64,000 nt of DNA from Parcubacteria bacterium DG_74_1 (GCA_001303125.1 LJNE01000001.1:81737-145736); one strand, 5' to 3'. Counted from the stretch's first letter, positions 1 to 9,101 are shown. Notes: generated from the sequence alone by a model not told the origin. A program made the numbers and translations.

Positions 1-993
1 TTTGATATGCTTTTGTTTAAAATCTAATTTTTCTCCACTGGCCATTCTAATTTGCAGTTCAACCAAGTCAAAATTAGTGATCAACTCGGTTACCGGATGC
101 TCGACCTGCAAACGAGGATTAACTTCTAAAAAGTAAAAATTTCTGTCTTGATCAACCAAAAATTCCACTGTCCCGGCGCCCTCATACCTTAAATACTGAC
201 CTAACCTTATAGCCAAGTTCCCCATCTTTTCTCTTAGTTTTGAATCCAAAAATAGCGAAGGTGCTTCTTCTACGAGCTTTTGGTGTCTTCTCTGGATGGA
301 ACATTCCCTTTCCCCGAAATGCAGGACTTTACCTCGGCCGTCGCCCAAGATCTGAAATTCAATATGACGCGGGCTGATTAACAACTTTTCAATAAAAATT
401 TTTTTACTATTAAAGGCGCTCTCTGACGTTCTTTTTAACCTCTGGAAGTTCTCTATTATTTCCTCCTTGTTTATCCGGTGAATTTCCGTCATGCCAATTC
501 CACCTCCACCGTCAACCGCTTTTAAAAGAAAGGGCGGCTTTGTTTTTTTTGCCATCTTAAAACATTCCTTCTCATCAATCGCTCGCTGTGGTCCGGGCAA
601 CAGGGGAATCCCTACCTTCCAAGCGATTTTTTTTGCTTCAACCTTGTCGCCGATCTTTCTTAGTGTTTCGGGAGTAGGTCCGATAAATTTTATTCCATTA
701 AGCCAGCAAAGCTCAGCAAAATCACCATTTTGAGCCAAAAATCCGTAACCAGGATGGATGGCTTCGGCCCCAGCCCTTTTAGCAATCTCAATTATTCTTC
801 TCTGGTTAAGGTAACCGGTCGCTCCTGCTTCGTCTAAATAATAAAATTCATCAGCCAATTCTGTTTCCAAAAAATTGCCTTCCTCGCCTTTTTGCGGACA
901 AAGCGCAACCGTTTTTATACCCATTTCCTTGCAAACCCTAATAATCCTAATAGCAATTTCTCCCCGATTAGCAATTAATATTTTAGTAAACAT
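1..993 (-). CDS. accC: Biotin carboxylase (ATP-grasp) subunit of a biotin-dependent carboxylase. The C-terminus is cut by the window edge.
   Basis: Own minus-strand translation from the ATG at 993 gives MFTKILIANRGEIAIRIIRVCKEMGIKTVAL...HPGYGFLAQN...GGGGIGM...FLEVNPRLQVEHPVTE. It is in frame to position 1 and absent from the ORF track because it runs off the window. Confidence 0.8.
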   Translation of the reverse strand, partial: MFTKILIANRGEIAIRIIRVCKEMGIKTVALCPQKGEEGNFLETELADEFYYLDEAGATGYLNQRRIIEIAKRAGAEAIHPGYGFLAQNGDFAELCWLNGIKFIGPTPETLRKIGDKVEAKKIAWKVGIPLLPGPQRAIDEKECFKMAKKTKPPFLLKAVDGGGGIGMTEIHRINKEEIIENFQRLKRTSESAFNSKKIFIEKLLISPRHIEFQILGDGRGKVLHFGERECSIQRRHQKLVEEAPSLFLDSKLREKMGNLAIRLGQYLRYEGAGTVEFLVDQDRNFYFLEVNPRLQVEHPVTELITNFDLVELQIRMASGEKLDFKQKHIK

Positions 994-1000
994 GTTTTTA

Positions 1001-1654
1001 TTAAGCAGTCAATTGTTTTAATTCTCCCATTATTTCGTCAGTGATTTTTTCTAAAATTTTTTGGTATTCCGGTGAATTTTCTGCTAAATCTTGCGCCAGA
1101 TTAAATTCTTCTTTTAGAAATAGAGGCTTACCAACGTTGATTTCAACTGCTTTTTTTATTTTCAGTTTTCCCCTAGGAGGCATTAATTCAAAAGTTCCCT
1201 TAATTCCAGCTGGTATTATTGGTGTCCCAGTTTCCAAAAAAATCTTGGCCGTTCCAAGTCTTCCTTCTTGAACTTCGCCGTTAGTCGACCTTCTCCCTTC
1301 GGGGTAAAGCACCAAAATATTACCTCTTTTTAAAACTTTGGCTGCTTTCTTTAAGGCATCCTCTCGAGATTGGTCCTTTTGTCTGTCCAAAGGAATCACT
1401 CCGGAAACAAAATAAATAGCGCGAATCAGCCATTTTACTATTCCTTTAAATCCGTCAATTTGACCGATGAAATGGAATCTTCTAGGAACGCAAAGGTAGC
1501 TATCTATTATTATATCAAGATAACTGACATGATTGGAAACCAGAATAAAAGGACTCCTAGGAACATTTTCTAACCCCCTAACTTCTTTTATTAAGAGCCA
1601 GTCAACAATCGGTTTCAAAAAAATTTTACAAAACCAGGAAGCGATCGGGTTCAT
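1001..1654 (-). CDS. plsC: 1-acyl-sn-glycerol-3-phosphate acyltransferase family (PlsC-like)
   Basis: Acyltransferase HX4D block NHVSYLDI and the YPEGRRS block. 217 aa. Confidence 0.8.
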   Translation of the reverse strand: MNPIASWFCKIFLKPIVDWLLIKEVRGLENVPRSPFILVSNHVSYLDIIIDSYLCVPRRFHFIGQIDGFKGIVKWLIRAIYFVSGVIPLDRQKDQSREDALKKAAKVLKRGNILVLYPEGRRSTNGEVQEGRLGTAKIFLETGTPIIPAGIKGTFELMPPRGKLKIKKAVEINVGKPLFLKEEFNLAQDLAENSPEYQKILEKITDEIMGELKQLTA

Positions 1655-2450
1655 ATAATTTCTTTAACAATTTCATCTATTATTTCCTGGCAACTTTTTA
1701 TTTCCGAGATTCCGGCGGCCGACAAACCAGCCAAAAGAGGAATTTCTTCAAGCTCTTTTCCACCCAAGGAACCGGCGATTTTTTCTGCTTTGATTTCTTC
1801 GGGGAAAGCGCCTTTTTCTTCCAATTTTTTCATCTGTTCTGACCACTTATTTTTTATTACCCTAATAGGGTGACCGGTAAACCTTAAGGCAACCGTAATC
1901 TCATCAGCCGTGGCTTCAACTATTTTTTGTTTGTAGCTCTCGGAAACTAAACATTCTTTTGAGGCTAAAAACCTCGTTCCCATTTGGATTCCGTTAGCGC
2001 CCAACAAAAATGCAGATTTGGCAGTTTTAGCATCATAAATCCCGCCAGCACCAATTAAAGGGATGTTTTTTAACATCTTCTTTGTTTGGGAAATCAAGCA
2101 AAAAGTGGTGTTTTCTCCAATGTGGCCGCCCGATTCCAGGCCTTCGACCACTACTGCATCAGCCCCGGCATCTTCCATTTTTTTAGCTAACCGAGGCGAA
2201 GGAACAACTGGAATTATTTTAGCTCCAGCTGCCTGAAAATAGGGAAAAAGCGGAAGAGGGTTGCCGCCACCAGTAAAAACAACGGGGACTTGTTCTCTTT
2301 AGCCGGCATCAGGCCAGAGCCGATAGTACCCAAGCCGCCAGCATTAGAAACAGCAGAGACCAGCCTACTTTCCGAAATGCCAGCCATTCCGCCCTGAATA
2401 ATCGGATATTTTATTTCTAAAAGCTGACGAAGCTTATTATTTTGAGACAT
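1651..2450 (-). pseudogene. fabK: Enoyl-ACP reductase II / nitronate monooxygenase family (FabK-like) with an internal deletion plus frameshift
   Basis: The N-terminal piece MSQNNKLRQLLEIKYPIIQGGMAGIS...GGLGTIGSGLMP is in one frame. The continuation EQVPVVFTGGGNP...MEDAGADAVVVEGLESGGHIG...GIQMGTRF is in another. The junction is near 2290-2300. About 45 residues that normally separate these motifs in FabK are missing. Confidence 0.65.
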
Positions 2451-2913
2451 TTTTTTCTTCAAATTCTTTTTTATCAACAATGGCCACGGAAAATCTCGCC
2501 TCGCATTTTAGGTCGTCTTTAACCAAGGCCTGACCTTTAACTCGGGCAATCTTTGTAGTTGCCTCAGGAATATCATAAATCCCTAAAACTTCGGTTCTCA
2601 AAGATATTTTTTCTCCAGGGAAAATTGGCTTAAGGAACTGACAGCTTCTAACGTCATAAGCCAAGAAGTGGTAATTTTTATGATTCTCTATTTTCTTCCT
2701 TAGTAAAATCGTTGAAAGCTGGGCCAAGGCCTCTACAACCAAAACGCCGGGCATAATCTTGAAATCAACGAAATGGCCCTTGAAATAATAATTATCTGCT
2801 GACGTTTGGTAAAAACCGGAAATAGTATTATCTCCAATTTCCTCAACTTCATCCACAAATAAAAAAGGTTCCTGATAAGGAATAATTTTTTTAATCTCCT
2901 CTTTGCCAAGCAT
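2437..2913 (-). CDS. fabZ: 3-hydroxyacyl-ACP dehydratase
   Basis: IPYQEPFLFVDEV and FKGHFVDFKIMPGVLVVEALAQ hot-dog dehydratase motifs. Confidence 0.85.
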   Translation of the reverse strand: MLGKEEIKKIIPYQEPFLFVDEVEEIGDNTISGFYQTSADNYYFKGHFVDFKIMPGVLVVEALAQLSTILLRKKIENHKNYHFLAYDVRSCQFLKPIFPGEKISLRTEVLGIYDIPEATTKIARVKGQALVKDDLKCEARFSVAIVDKKEFEEKNVSK

Positions 2914-2921
2914 GATGTCCT

Positions 2922-2927
2922 ATTATA
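2922..2927 (-). promoter_or_regulatory. Consensus -10 (TATAAT) 8 nt upstream of the fabZ ATG, implying a leaderless or near-leaderless mRNA
   Basis: The plus strand reads attata at 2922-2927. The start codon complement is at 2911-2913. Confidence 0.45.
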
Positions 2928-2970
2928 GCGGAAAACCCCTCCAATTTCAAGTCAAGTATGATAAATTGAC

Positions 2971-3011
2971 AACATTAAAAGAAACAGGTGGCATCCGCAA
3001 TGAATGCCACC
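2971..3011 (-). terminator. Intrinsic terminator downstream of the 3025-3453 gene
   Basis: 8-bp stem ggtggcat (2987-2994) / atgccacc (3004-3011). On the minus-strand RNA it is followed by UGUUUCUUUUAAUG. Confidence 0.6.
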
Positions 3012-3024
3012 CATATGCCCTTGA

Positions 3025-3453
3025 CTAACTCCTTGTAATTACATGTTCTGTAAATTTATCTCCACCCCACAGATGTTTTGTTGTTTCGTATGCCCAATCT
3101 TCACCAAGTAAGTATCTGGCCTTGAAAGCCATATATGTACCATCTAATTTTTTGCCCTTCACTTTGTCTCTGAGACCAGGGAACGGATCGGTATAAAACC
3201 GATAAATAATTCTATCTTTGGTAACTTCTGGAAATTCTACGTGAAGACCTACGTTTCTGTCTCTTTCCCCAACTACCCTGGCAAAGTCCTGAGGATCTCC
3301 TCTTGTAAACCCTGAATTATCATAGGCCTTTTTTAACCCCCTCTCCATGATTTGCCTAAATAAATCCAGGGCTCTTTCTTCGCCAAAGGTTTTCTTCAAT
3401 ACCATGAATACATTTTCATATAACCCAAAAAAAGCTGCGTTGTATTCTTTCAT
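3025..3453 (-). CDS. Hypothetical protein (142 aa) carried on its own transcription unit
   Basis: ORF with a GGAGGA Shine-Dalgarno 7 nt upstream of the ATG at 3453 (MKEYNAAFFGLYENV...). It has its own promoter and terminator. I recognise no family. Confidence 0.55.
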   Translation of the reverse strand: MKEYNAAFFGLYENVFMVLKKTFGEERALDLFRQIMERGLKKAYDNSGFTRGDPQDFARVVGERDRNVGLHVEFPEVTKDRIIYRFYTDPFPGLRDKVKGKKLDGTYMAFKARYLLGEDWAYETTKHLWGGDKFTEHVITRS

Positions 3454-3497
3454 GTCTTTATCCTCCTTTTTTAATATTTTAAGGGAAAACTGCAATA

Positions 3498-3526
3498 ATT
3501 ATAGTCTTTTATTTTCAAACTATCAA
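3498..3526 (-). promoter_or_regulatory. Sigma70-type promoter TTGATA-17 nt-TATAAT
   Basis: The plus strand reads tatcaa at 3521-3526 and attata at 3498-3503, with an exact 17-nt spacer. Confidence 0.6.
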
Positions 3527-3560
3527 GCTCAAGCATGTAGGGCGGCGCCTTTCATCAAAA

Positions 3561-4553
3561 TCAAAACAAATGTTTATCGATCAATTTCGCGCCATCGCCC
3601 GGCCGACAAATCATCGTTTCTATCACCCCTTCTAATTTTAATAATCTTTTATTGATTTCTTTTTCGTCTTTTTCTAAACACAGAATTTTAACATTGGGCC
3701 CGGCGTCAATTGTGAAATAACATTTTACTCCTTCTTCTCGCCAAGCTAAGACATTTTGGATGATTTCTATCGTTGCCGGAATCCAATAGATAATTGCTGG
3801 CTTTGTCGTCATCATCAAAGCGTGCATTTTAAGACAATTGTGTTCTGCTGCTTGAGCGACTTTTTTAAAGTCTCTCTCTTTTATCCCTTCTTTAATCATT
3901 TTCAAGTCATCAGTTACTGTCCCAAGCCATCCTTCGTAATAAGGGCAGGTTTCAACGGTTTGTGCCATTCCGGCGCGGCTAGTCACCGGTTTCTTTCCCT
4001 TTTGGACAATAGTGGCAATCATTCTAAATTCCGGCCAATAATTTTTATCAACGATACTTTCAGCGTAACTATCCAAACCATCAGGCATTTTCCCGCGATG
4101 CCACTCTACAAAACCCCCAAAAATACTACGACAAGCAGAGCCAGAACCTTGCCTAGTGAGAATTGATAAGTCTTTAGGTGATAATTTTAATCCCGCTGCA
4201 GCTGCGGCGGCAACTGTCAGTGCCGCAAAGCCACTGGCGCTACTGGCTAAGCCAGCAGCCACCGGAAAGTTGCTTTCAGAAACAACTCTCGCTTTATCTT
4301 TTATCCCGGCCAAGCGACTAATTCTATCAATATGACCATGGATATCTTTTTCATCCTTCTGAAATTCCTCATCATTTATGACAACACTATGCTCTTTATA
4401 TTTATCTGAAAACTCAACCGTAGTGGTGGTAGTCATGCCATCGCAAGTCATCGAGATATTGCTGTTTTGAGGAAGTATCAACTTTTTATCACGTTTGCCC
4501 CAATATTTGACCAAGGCAATATTAGCATTGGCAACAGCCGTAGCCTTCATCAT
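3561..4553 (-). CDS. mvaD: Diphosphomevalonate (or phosphomevalonate) decarboxylase, GHMP family
   Basis: ANIALVKYWGKRD and GLASSASGFAAL motifs. 330 aa. Confidence 0.85.
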   Translation of the reverse strand: MMKATAVANANIALVKYWGKRDKKLILPQNSNISMTCDGMTTTTTVEFSDKYKEHSVVINDEEFQKDEKDIHGHIDRISRLAGIKDKARVVSESNFPVAAGLASSASGFAALTVAAAAAAGLKLSPKDLSILTRQGSGSACRSIFGGFVEWHRGKMPDGLDSYAESIVDKNYWPEFRMIATIVQKGKKPVTSRAGMAQTVETCPYYEGWLGTVTDDLKMIKEGIKERDFKKVAQAAEHNCLKMHALMMTTKPAIIYWIPATIEIIQNVLAWREEGVKCYFTIDAGPNVKILCLEKDEKEINKRLLKLEGVIETMICRPGDGAKLIDKHLF

Positions 4554-5533
4554 AGGTTATTTTCTATTTTTAAACCTTGGTAATCAACATTAACCGAAAC
4601 TGGCGTACCTCCGGCTTCTTTTATCGCTTTTTCTATTTCTCCTCTATTCTCTCCCAAAGCGATAATACAATCACCGACTCCGGCGCCAGATAATTTGGCG
4701 CCGAAAGCACCGGCTCTTTGACAGACCTCGATCAGTTTTTCAATAATTTCTGAGGAAACGCCGTATTCTACAGAAGGAGCTTTGAATTTTCTCAAGATGC
4801 CTTGATTTTCAGTCATCAACCGACCGACTTCCGGCCAACTTGAATTTCCCATAGCTGTTTTTGCTTTTTCAACAATCTGTAAAATATCGTCGTAAGCTTT
4901 CTCATAGTATTCAGAGTCTTTCTCCATTTCTACTTTAACTGCTTTGACGATTTCAGAAGTGCTGGCTTTGACGCCGGTATAGCCAACTATCAAAGGAATG
5001 TTTTTAATTTCCAGCGGCTCAATTCTCTTTCCACCGGTTAGAAAATAAATCACTCCGCCATAAATAGCCGCAGCGATATCAAAGCCTGAACCAACGCCTT
5101 GAATGTCTAAAACTGTTTTATAAGACAAGTCGAAAATTTCTTTTTCTGCCATTTTTACCTCGAAAATTTCCGACAAGGCCTTTATAGTACAAACAGTCAC
5201 TGCCGAACTCGAGCCAAAACCGTACTCAGCCGAAAACTGACTTTCGGTTTTTATTTTTAGCCCTGATTCAATATTATATTTTCTAAAAAAATTCTTAACC
5301 GCTTCCAGAACAAATCTAACTTCTTTGGGCTGTTCTTTGTCTAAATCGGTTAAAGAAACGGCGAAATCAGAAACTTTCATTTGCGGAGCATCGAGTAGGA
5401 TTTTATTTTCAGAATTTTTCTCTACTTCAACAAACAAACGCTGTGAAACCGCAGCGACCAAACAAGGCCGGTTATAAACAACGGCATGCTCTCCAAATAA
5501 CATTAATTTTCCCGGTGCGGAAACTTTTATCAT
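4550..5533 (-). CDS. mvk: Mevalonate kinase
   Basis: SAPGKLMLFGEHAVVY and GFGSSSAVTV GHMP motifs. 4-nt overlap with mvaD. Confidence 0.8.
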   Translation of the reverse strand: MIKVSAPGKLMLFGEHAVVYNRPCLVAAVSQRLFVEVEKNSENKILLDAPQMKVSDFAVSLTDLDKEQPKEVRFVLEAVKNFFRKYNIESGLKIKTESQFSAEYGFGSSSAVTVCTIKALSEIFEVKMAEKEIFDLSYKTVLDIQGVGSGFDIAAAIYGGVIYFLTGGKRIEPLEIKNIPLIVGYTGVKASTSEIVKAVKVEMEKDSEYYEKAYDDILQIVEKAKTAMGNSSWPEVGRLMTENQGILRKFKAPSVEYGVSSEIIEKLIEVCQRAGAFGAKLSGAGVGDCIIALGENRGEIEKAIKEAGGTPVSVNVDYQGLKIENNL

Positions 5534-5611
5534 TTTTAATTAGTTAAATATAATTATTTAATTATCCTTAAAATCCCTTGTTTTAATCTTAATATCTTTT
5601 GATCGAATGTC

Positions 5612-5655
5612 AAACTCAAAGAAATCAGGTGGCGCCCGAGAAGGAACACCACCTG
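5612..5655 (-). terminator. Hairpin terminator after the high-GC cassette
   Basis: Stem caggtggcg (5626-5634) / caccacctg (5647-5655). The single mismatch becomes G-U only on the minus-strand RNA. The hairpin is flanked by A and T runs. Confidence 0.5.
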
Positions 5656-5685
5656 TTTTTTCCTTAGCTAAGCATTCAGCTTAGT

Positions 5686-6705
5686 TTAGAATTTACCCTC
5701 CATGTAGTCTATCATACCCTGGCGCCATTCTCGGGCTTTTTCACCCGCTGGACTCCAGTCTAGCACCAAACGGTCAAGGTCTTCCTCATAGCGGCGACTG
5801 AAGTACTTCACCGTCTCGAGGGCCGAAATACTCACGTCCTCTGAGACAGAGACTATTCTTCCGTCGGTGATTCCACTTTTCGAGACGATCAGGTCGACTA
5901 ACTCAAAGATGTCTTCCGGCGCGACTATCTTTCTCGCCTGGAGGATGTTTTTACCCTCACTGGTTTTCTTCTCTAGAAGCAATTGGGTAATGCCTTCCAC
6001 GGTTAATCTTAGTCCCCAGATAACACCGAGAACAAATTCCCGTTGGATTTGATAAAGTGGCTCCACAACTGGCTTTAACCTCAGAGGATAGATTCCCTCC
6101 GGGTTGATGAAAGCCAGCCGTAAAAGGCTTTCGATAGCGACAACTAAGGCTTCGTCCTTATCGGGCTGAAACCCGAAGTTGCGCCAGTCGCCTTTCTCGC
6201 TGCGGAGCCGGTTACCGGCGACAAACTGAGAACGCCGGGCAATCACCCTCACCCCGTTGGCCTCCATTTTGTCAGCAACGAACAGGGCAAGATGAAGCTT
6301 CTTCCCTAGCTCCTCCGGCACTACCTCTCTAGTCTCCGGGGCTTTCCACCATTCAGGATACTGGCCCTGTCTTGCAATCGCGTAGGCGATAGCCGTTCCC
6401 TCTGTTTCGGTTATAAGGTTGGCCTCTGTCAGGATTCGACGAGCTTCTTTCGCGCTGGCCTCCTCATCGCCGACTGACGGATCTTCATTAGACGAACGAA
6501 TCCTATCGTGAAACCAGCCGTCTGCGTAGTTCAGCTCGTTTTCTCGCTTAGTGAAGCCATAAATTGACCCTACCTTCTGAGTTAGCTCGGCCACATTCCC
6601 TAAGTGAGAAATACTATGAGCCTCAGAAACATCGAGACCCTTCTGTTGTCTCTCCTCGACCCCTGCCTTTCCTAATCGAGCAATCTCCTCTTCCCAGTTT
6701 TTCAT
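5686..6705 (-). CDS. Hypothetical protein (339 aa), possibly an HD-type phosphohydrolase. First gene downstream of the methyltransferase in the high-GC cassette.
   Basis: Intact ORF with AAGGAGG 5 nt upstream of the ATG. Loose H...HD...D pattern (EAHSISHLG...WFHDRIRS...FVADKME). The function call is weak. Confidence 0.5.
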   Translation of the reverse strand: MKNWEEEIARLGKAGVEERQQKGLDVSEAHSISHLGNVAELTQKVGSIYGFTKRENELNYADGWFHDRIRSSNEDPSVGDEEASAKEARRILTEANLITETEGTAIAYAIARQGQYPEWWKAPETREVVPEELGKKLHLALFVADKMEANGVRVIARRSQFVAGNRLRSEKGDWRNFGFQPDKDEALVVAIESLLRLAFINPEGIYPLRLKPVVEPLYQIQREFVLGVIWGLRLTVEGITQLLLEKKTSEGKNILQARKIVAPEDIFELVDLIVSKSGITDGRIVSVSEDVSISALETVKYFSRRYEEDLDRLVLDWSPAGEKAREWRQGMIDYMEGKF

Positions 6706-7745
6706 ATCTCCTCCTTTTTTGTCTTTTCTCCGACTGTTACCATTAACAGTCGTGAATTAGGTAACAGCTGATGCGGGTTGCCGGTAATGACACCTTGTTC
6801 CAGCATTCTCTTTATACCAGGAGAACCAACGCTGAACCCTACTTCTTTCATCTCCTCAACGTATCTTACGACTGGGCGGTGTCCTTCAAGAGGCCAGATT
6901 GAGTTCGGCCCCAGGTCTGTCTCGCTCTCTTTGAGAATTTGATGATATCCGAGCCAAAAGCTAGTAATGTCTTCGTTGGCTTGTCTGTCGGCCGGATCGG
7001 TTGGTTCGATAACGCAAACACCTCCGTAGGACTCAAGCCACTCCCTCAGCCCCGCTTCCTTTACGGGCCAATCAAATGCCTCTAGAAAGCGGTAGACTCG
7101 CCAAGGATGCTCCCAAATAGAGTTATGCCAATCAGCAAAGACGGCAATTCCTCCAGGAGTAAGTATCCGATAATAGAGATCGAAGGGGATGGCTGAGTGA
7201 TGATGGACTGAGGCTACGCCAACCAGAATATCCACAATCCCTTCTTTCAGGTGTCTACCGACATGGATATCGACATCGCAGATAACCTCGTAATTTACCC
7301 GGTTCTCTTTCATCACCTTCTCAGCTGCTTCAAGGCTTGCCCTAGAAGGATCTAGAAGTAAGAACCGAGACTTGGGCCGGATATCAGTCGGTAGCTCTTT
7401 CCATATTGTAAGCGCTGACAAGCCGGGCCCTGCGCCTACATCTAATATCAAGAGCTCACCTTTGATGGGATAATCTCTGACAATCGATCTTACTACCTCG
7501 GCAGTTTTTTGCCGAAGTAAAGCCGGATTATCGCCAAAACCAGCTTTTTTGGCAGCCTTGCTCACGATAGCAAGCTGTCCCTCGTTTCCTCCTTCCCATT
7601 CGGCACTGTAAAACTTAACTACCTCCTCTTCCTTGATAGAGGTTGGTAATCCCCAAGCCCTACGTGCATAGTCTGGGGTTCGCACAGGAGACCCCATCTG
7701 TATAGGCATTAATGCTTCGTTATGTCGAACAAAATCATTGCTCAT
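6702..7745 (-). CDS. Class I SAM-dependent methyltransferase (347 aa)
   Basis: Motif I ILDVGAGPGLSALT, then an acidic LLLDPS, then GGIAVFAD. AAGGAGG SD. ATGA overlap with the downstream ORF. Confidence 0.75.
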   Translation of the reverse strand: MSNDFVRHNEALMPIQMGSPVRTPDYARRAWGLPTSIKEEEVVKFYSAEWEGGNEGQLAIVSKAAKKAGFGDNPALLRQKTAEVVRSIVRDYPIKGELLILDVGAGPGLSALTIWKELPTDIRPKSRFLLLDPSRASLEAAEKVMKENRVNYEVICDVDIHVGRHLKEGIVDILVGVASVHHHSAIPFDLYYRILTPGGIAVFADWHNSIWEHPWRVYRFLEAFDWPVKEAGLREWLESYGGVCVIEPTDPADRQANEDITSFWLGYHQILKESETDLGPNSIWPLEGHRPVVRYVEEMKEVGFSVGSPGIKRMLEQGVITGNPHQLLPNSRLLMVTVGEKTKKEEI

Positions 7746-7780
7746 TCGGTACCTCCTTTCTCGTGTCTTTATTCACTGCC

Positions 7781-7836
7781 ATTGTGACAGCTGCTTAAAA
7801 ACTTCCTAATTGAAGCGGTTAAACAGCTGCCACAAT
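7781..7836 (-). promoter_or_regulatory. 13-bp inverted repeat (possible operator or stem-loop) upstream of the cassette
   Basis: attgtgacagctg (7781-7793) pairs with cagctgccacaat (7824-7836). The one mismatch pairs as G-U only on the minus-strand RNA. Confidence 0.4.
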
Positions 7837-7975
7837 ATGATAGATATTTAAATTTCAAAAGAACTGCAACGTTTATTATAACTCTTTATTTTAAAATTGT
7901 CAATGATTTGTAAGGCACGGCTTTTGAAAGAAAAGAGCGTTCGTTTCCGAATACTCTTTACTCGTAACAATGCTC

Positions 7976-9068
7976 TTAAAATCGGGTTTCCCGTCCTCTC
8001 CAGTCTTTTTCAATTTTTACTCCTTCAACCGCCAGTTCGCTTTCCCAGGGATCATAGCCAATTTTCTTTATTAGATCAACCAGCTTATCTTTCTCCTCGT
8101 GGTAGCATAAAACTATTCCTCCACCACCGGCACCACACAGCTTAGCTGCTCCGCCGATCTTTTGAACAGATTCGACAATCTTATCTATTTCTTCGGTCGA
8201 GACTTTCAACTCAGCCAGATTTTTTTGAGTTTGGTTTATAATTTCTTTCATCCTTTGAAAGTCTTTCCTTCTCAAAACATCTAGCATTTCGTGACACATC
8301 TCTCCGATTTTTTTTGTTCTTTCTGTTCTGTATCCTTCATCCAGCTCCCTAACCAATTGAACTAATTCTCCAGTTGTTTTTTGTGGTGGACTAGTATAAA
8401 CAAAAACAAAATTTTCGAGCCTATAAGGAACCTCTTCTTTCAAAGACTTTATCTCGTTTTTCGGCTGGGCTTTTTTAAACCAAACAAGACCGCCGAAACA
8501 ACAAGCAGAATTGTCTCCGCCGCTTGGCGTACCATGAATTATCTTTTCTTGCTCAAAAGCAATATCATTTATTTCCTCCAGAGAAAGCTGTTTTTCAAAC
8601 AATTCAGCAACCGCCTTTGTTGTACCAGCTGCCCGTGAAGCTGAAGAGCCAAGTCCCGCACCGGTAGGAATTTTACTATCAATAGTTATCGAAAAACCTT
8701 GACTAACTCCTAGCTTTTTCATCACCAAGCCAAGAATAGAGGCCCGATAGCCCTCGTATCCATTTTCTTTAATTAAAGCTGAAAAGCTTTAGAAAAATCC
8801 TTTTTCTCGTTACCCTCGCTCCAAAGATCTAGCGTTTTTTGGGTAATTTCAAAAACTTGTTCGATTTCCCAAGTATGTGATATATCAGGCCAGGCAATAT
8901 CCTGATAAGTTACATCTTCGGCAGGACTTATATCGACGTATGTCCTATTACCTATGGCAGTAATTATGGCCGGCTTGCCGTAGACAACGGCGTGCTCACC
9001 GATTAAATGTAACCTTTCCCGGTGCCGATACTTTTATTTTTTTCTATTTTTTTTATTCCGTTATTCAT
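7976..9068 (-). pseudogene. GHMP kinase (phosphomevalonate-kinase position in the operon) disrupted by about three frameshifts
   Basis: Pieces lie in three frames: MNNGIKKIEK.. / KIKVSAPGK / LHLIGEHAVVYGKPAIITAIG...KAFQL* / SFSALIKENGYEGYRASILGLVMKKLGVSQGFSITIDSKIPTGAGLGSSAS... Shifts are near 9032-9043 (A-run), 9013-9014 and 8775-8791. Confidence 0.6.
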
Positions 9069-9101
9069 TGTTTATAATATTAAGAGACCGACCTTGATGT
9101 T

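Noticed and set aside
491-1573. Plus-strand ORFs 491-733, 1041-1271 and 1370-1573
   Set aside because: They are antisense to the clearly homologous accC and plsC genes. Shadow ORFs.
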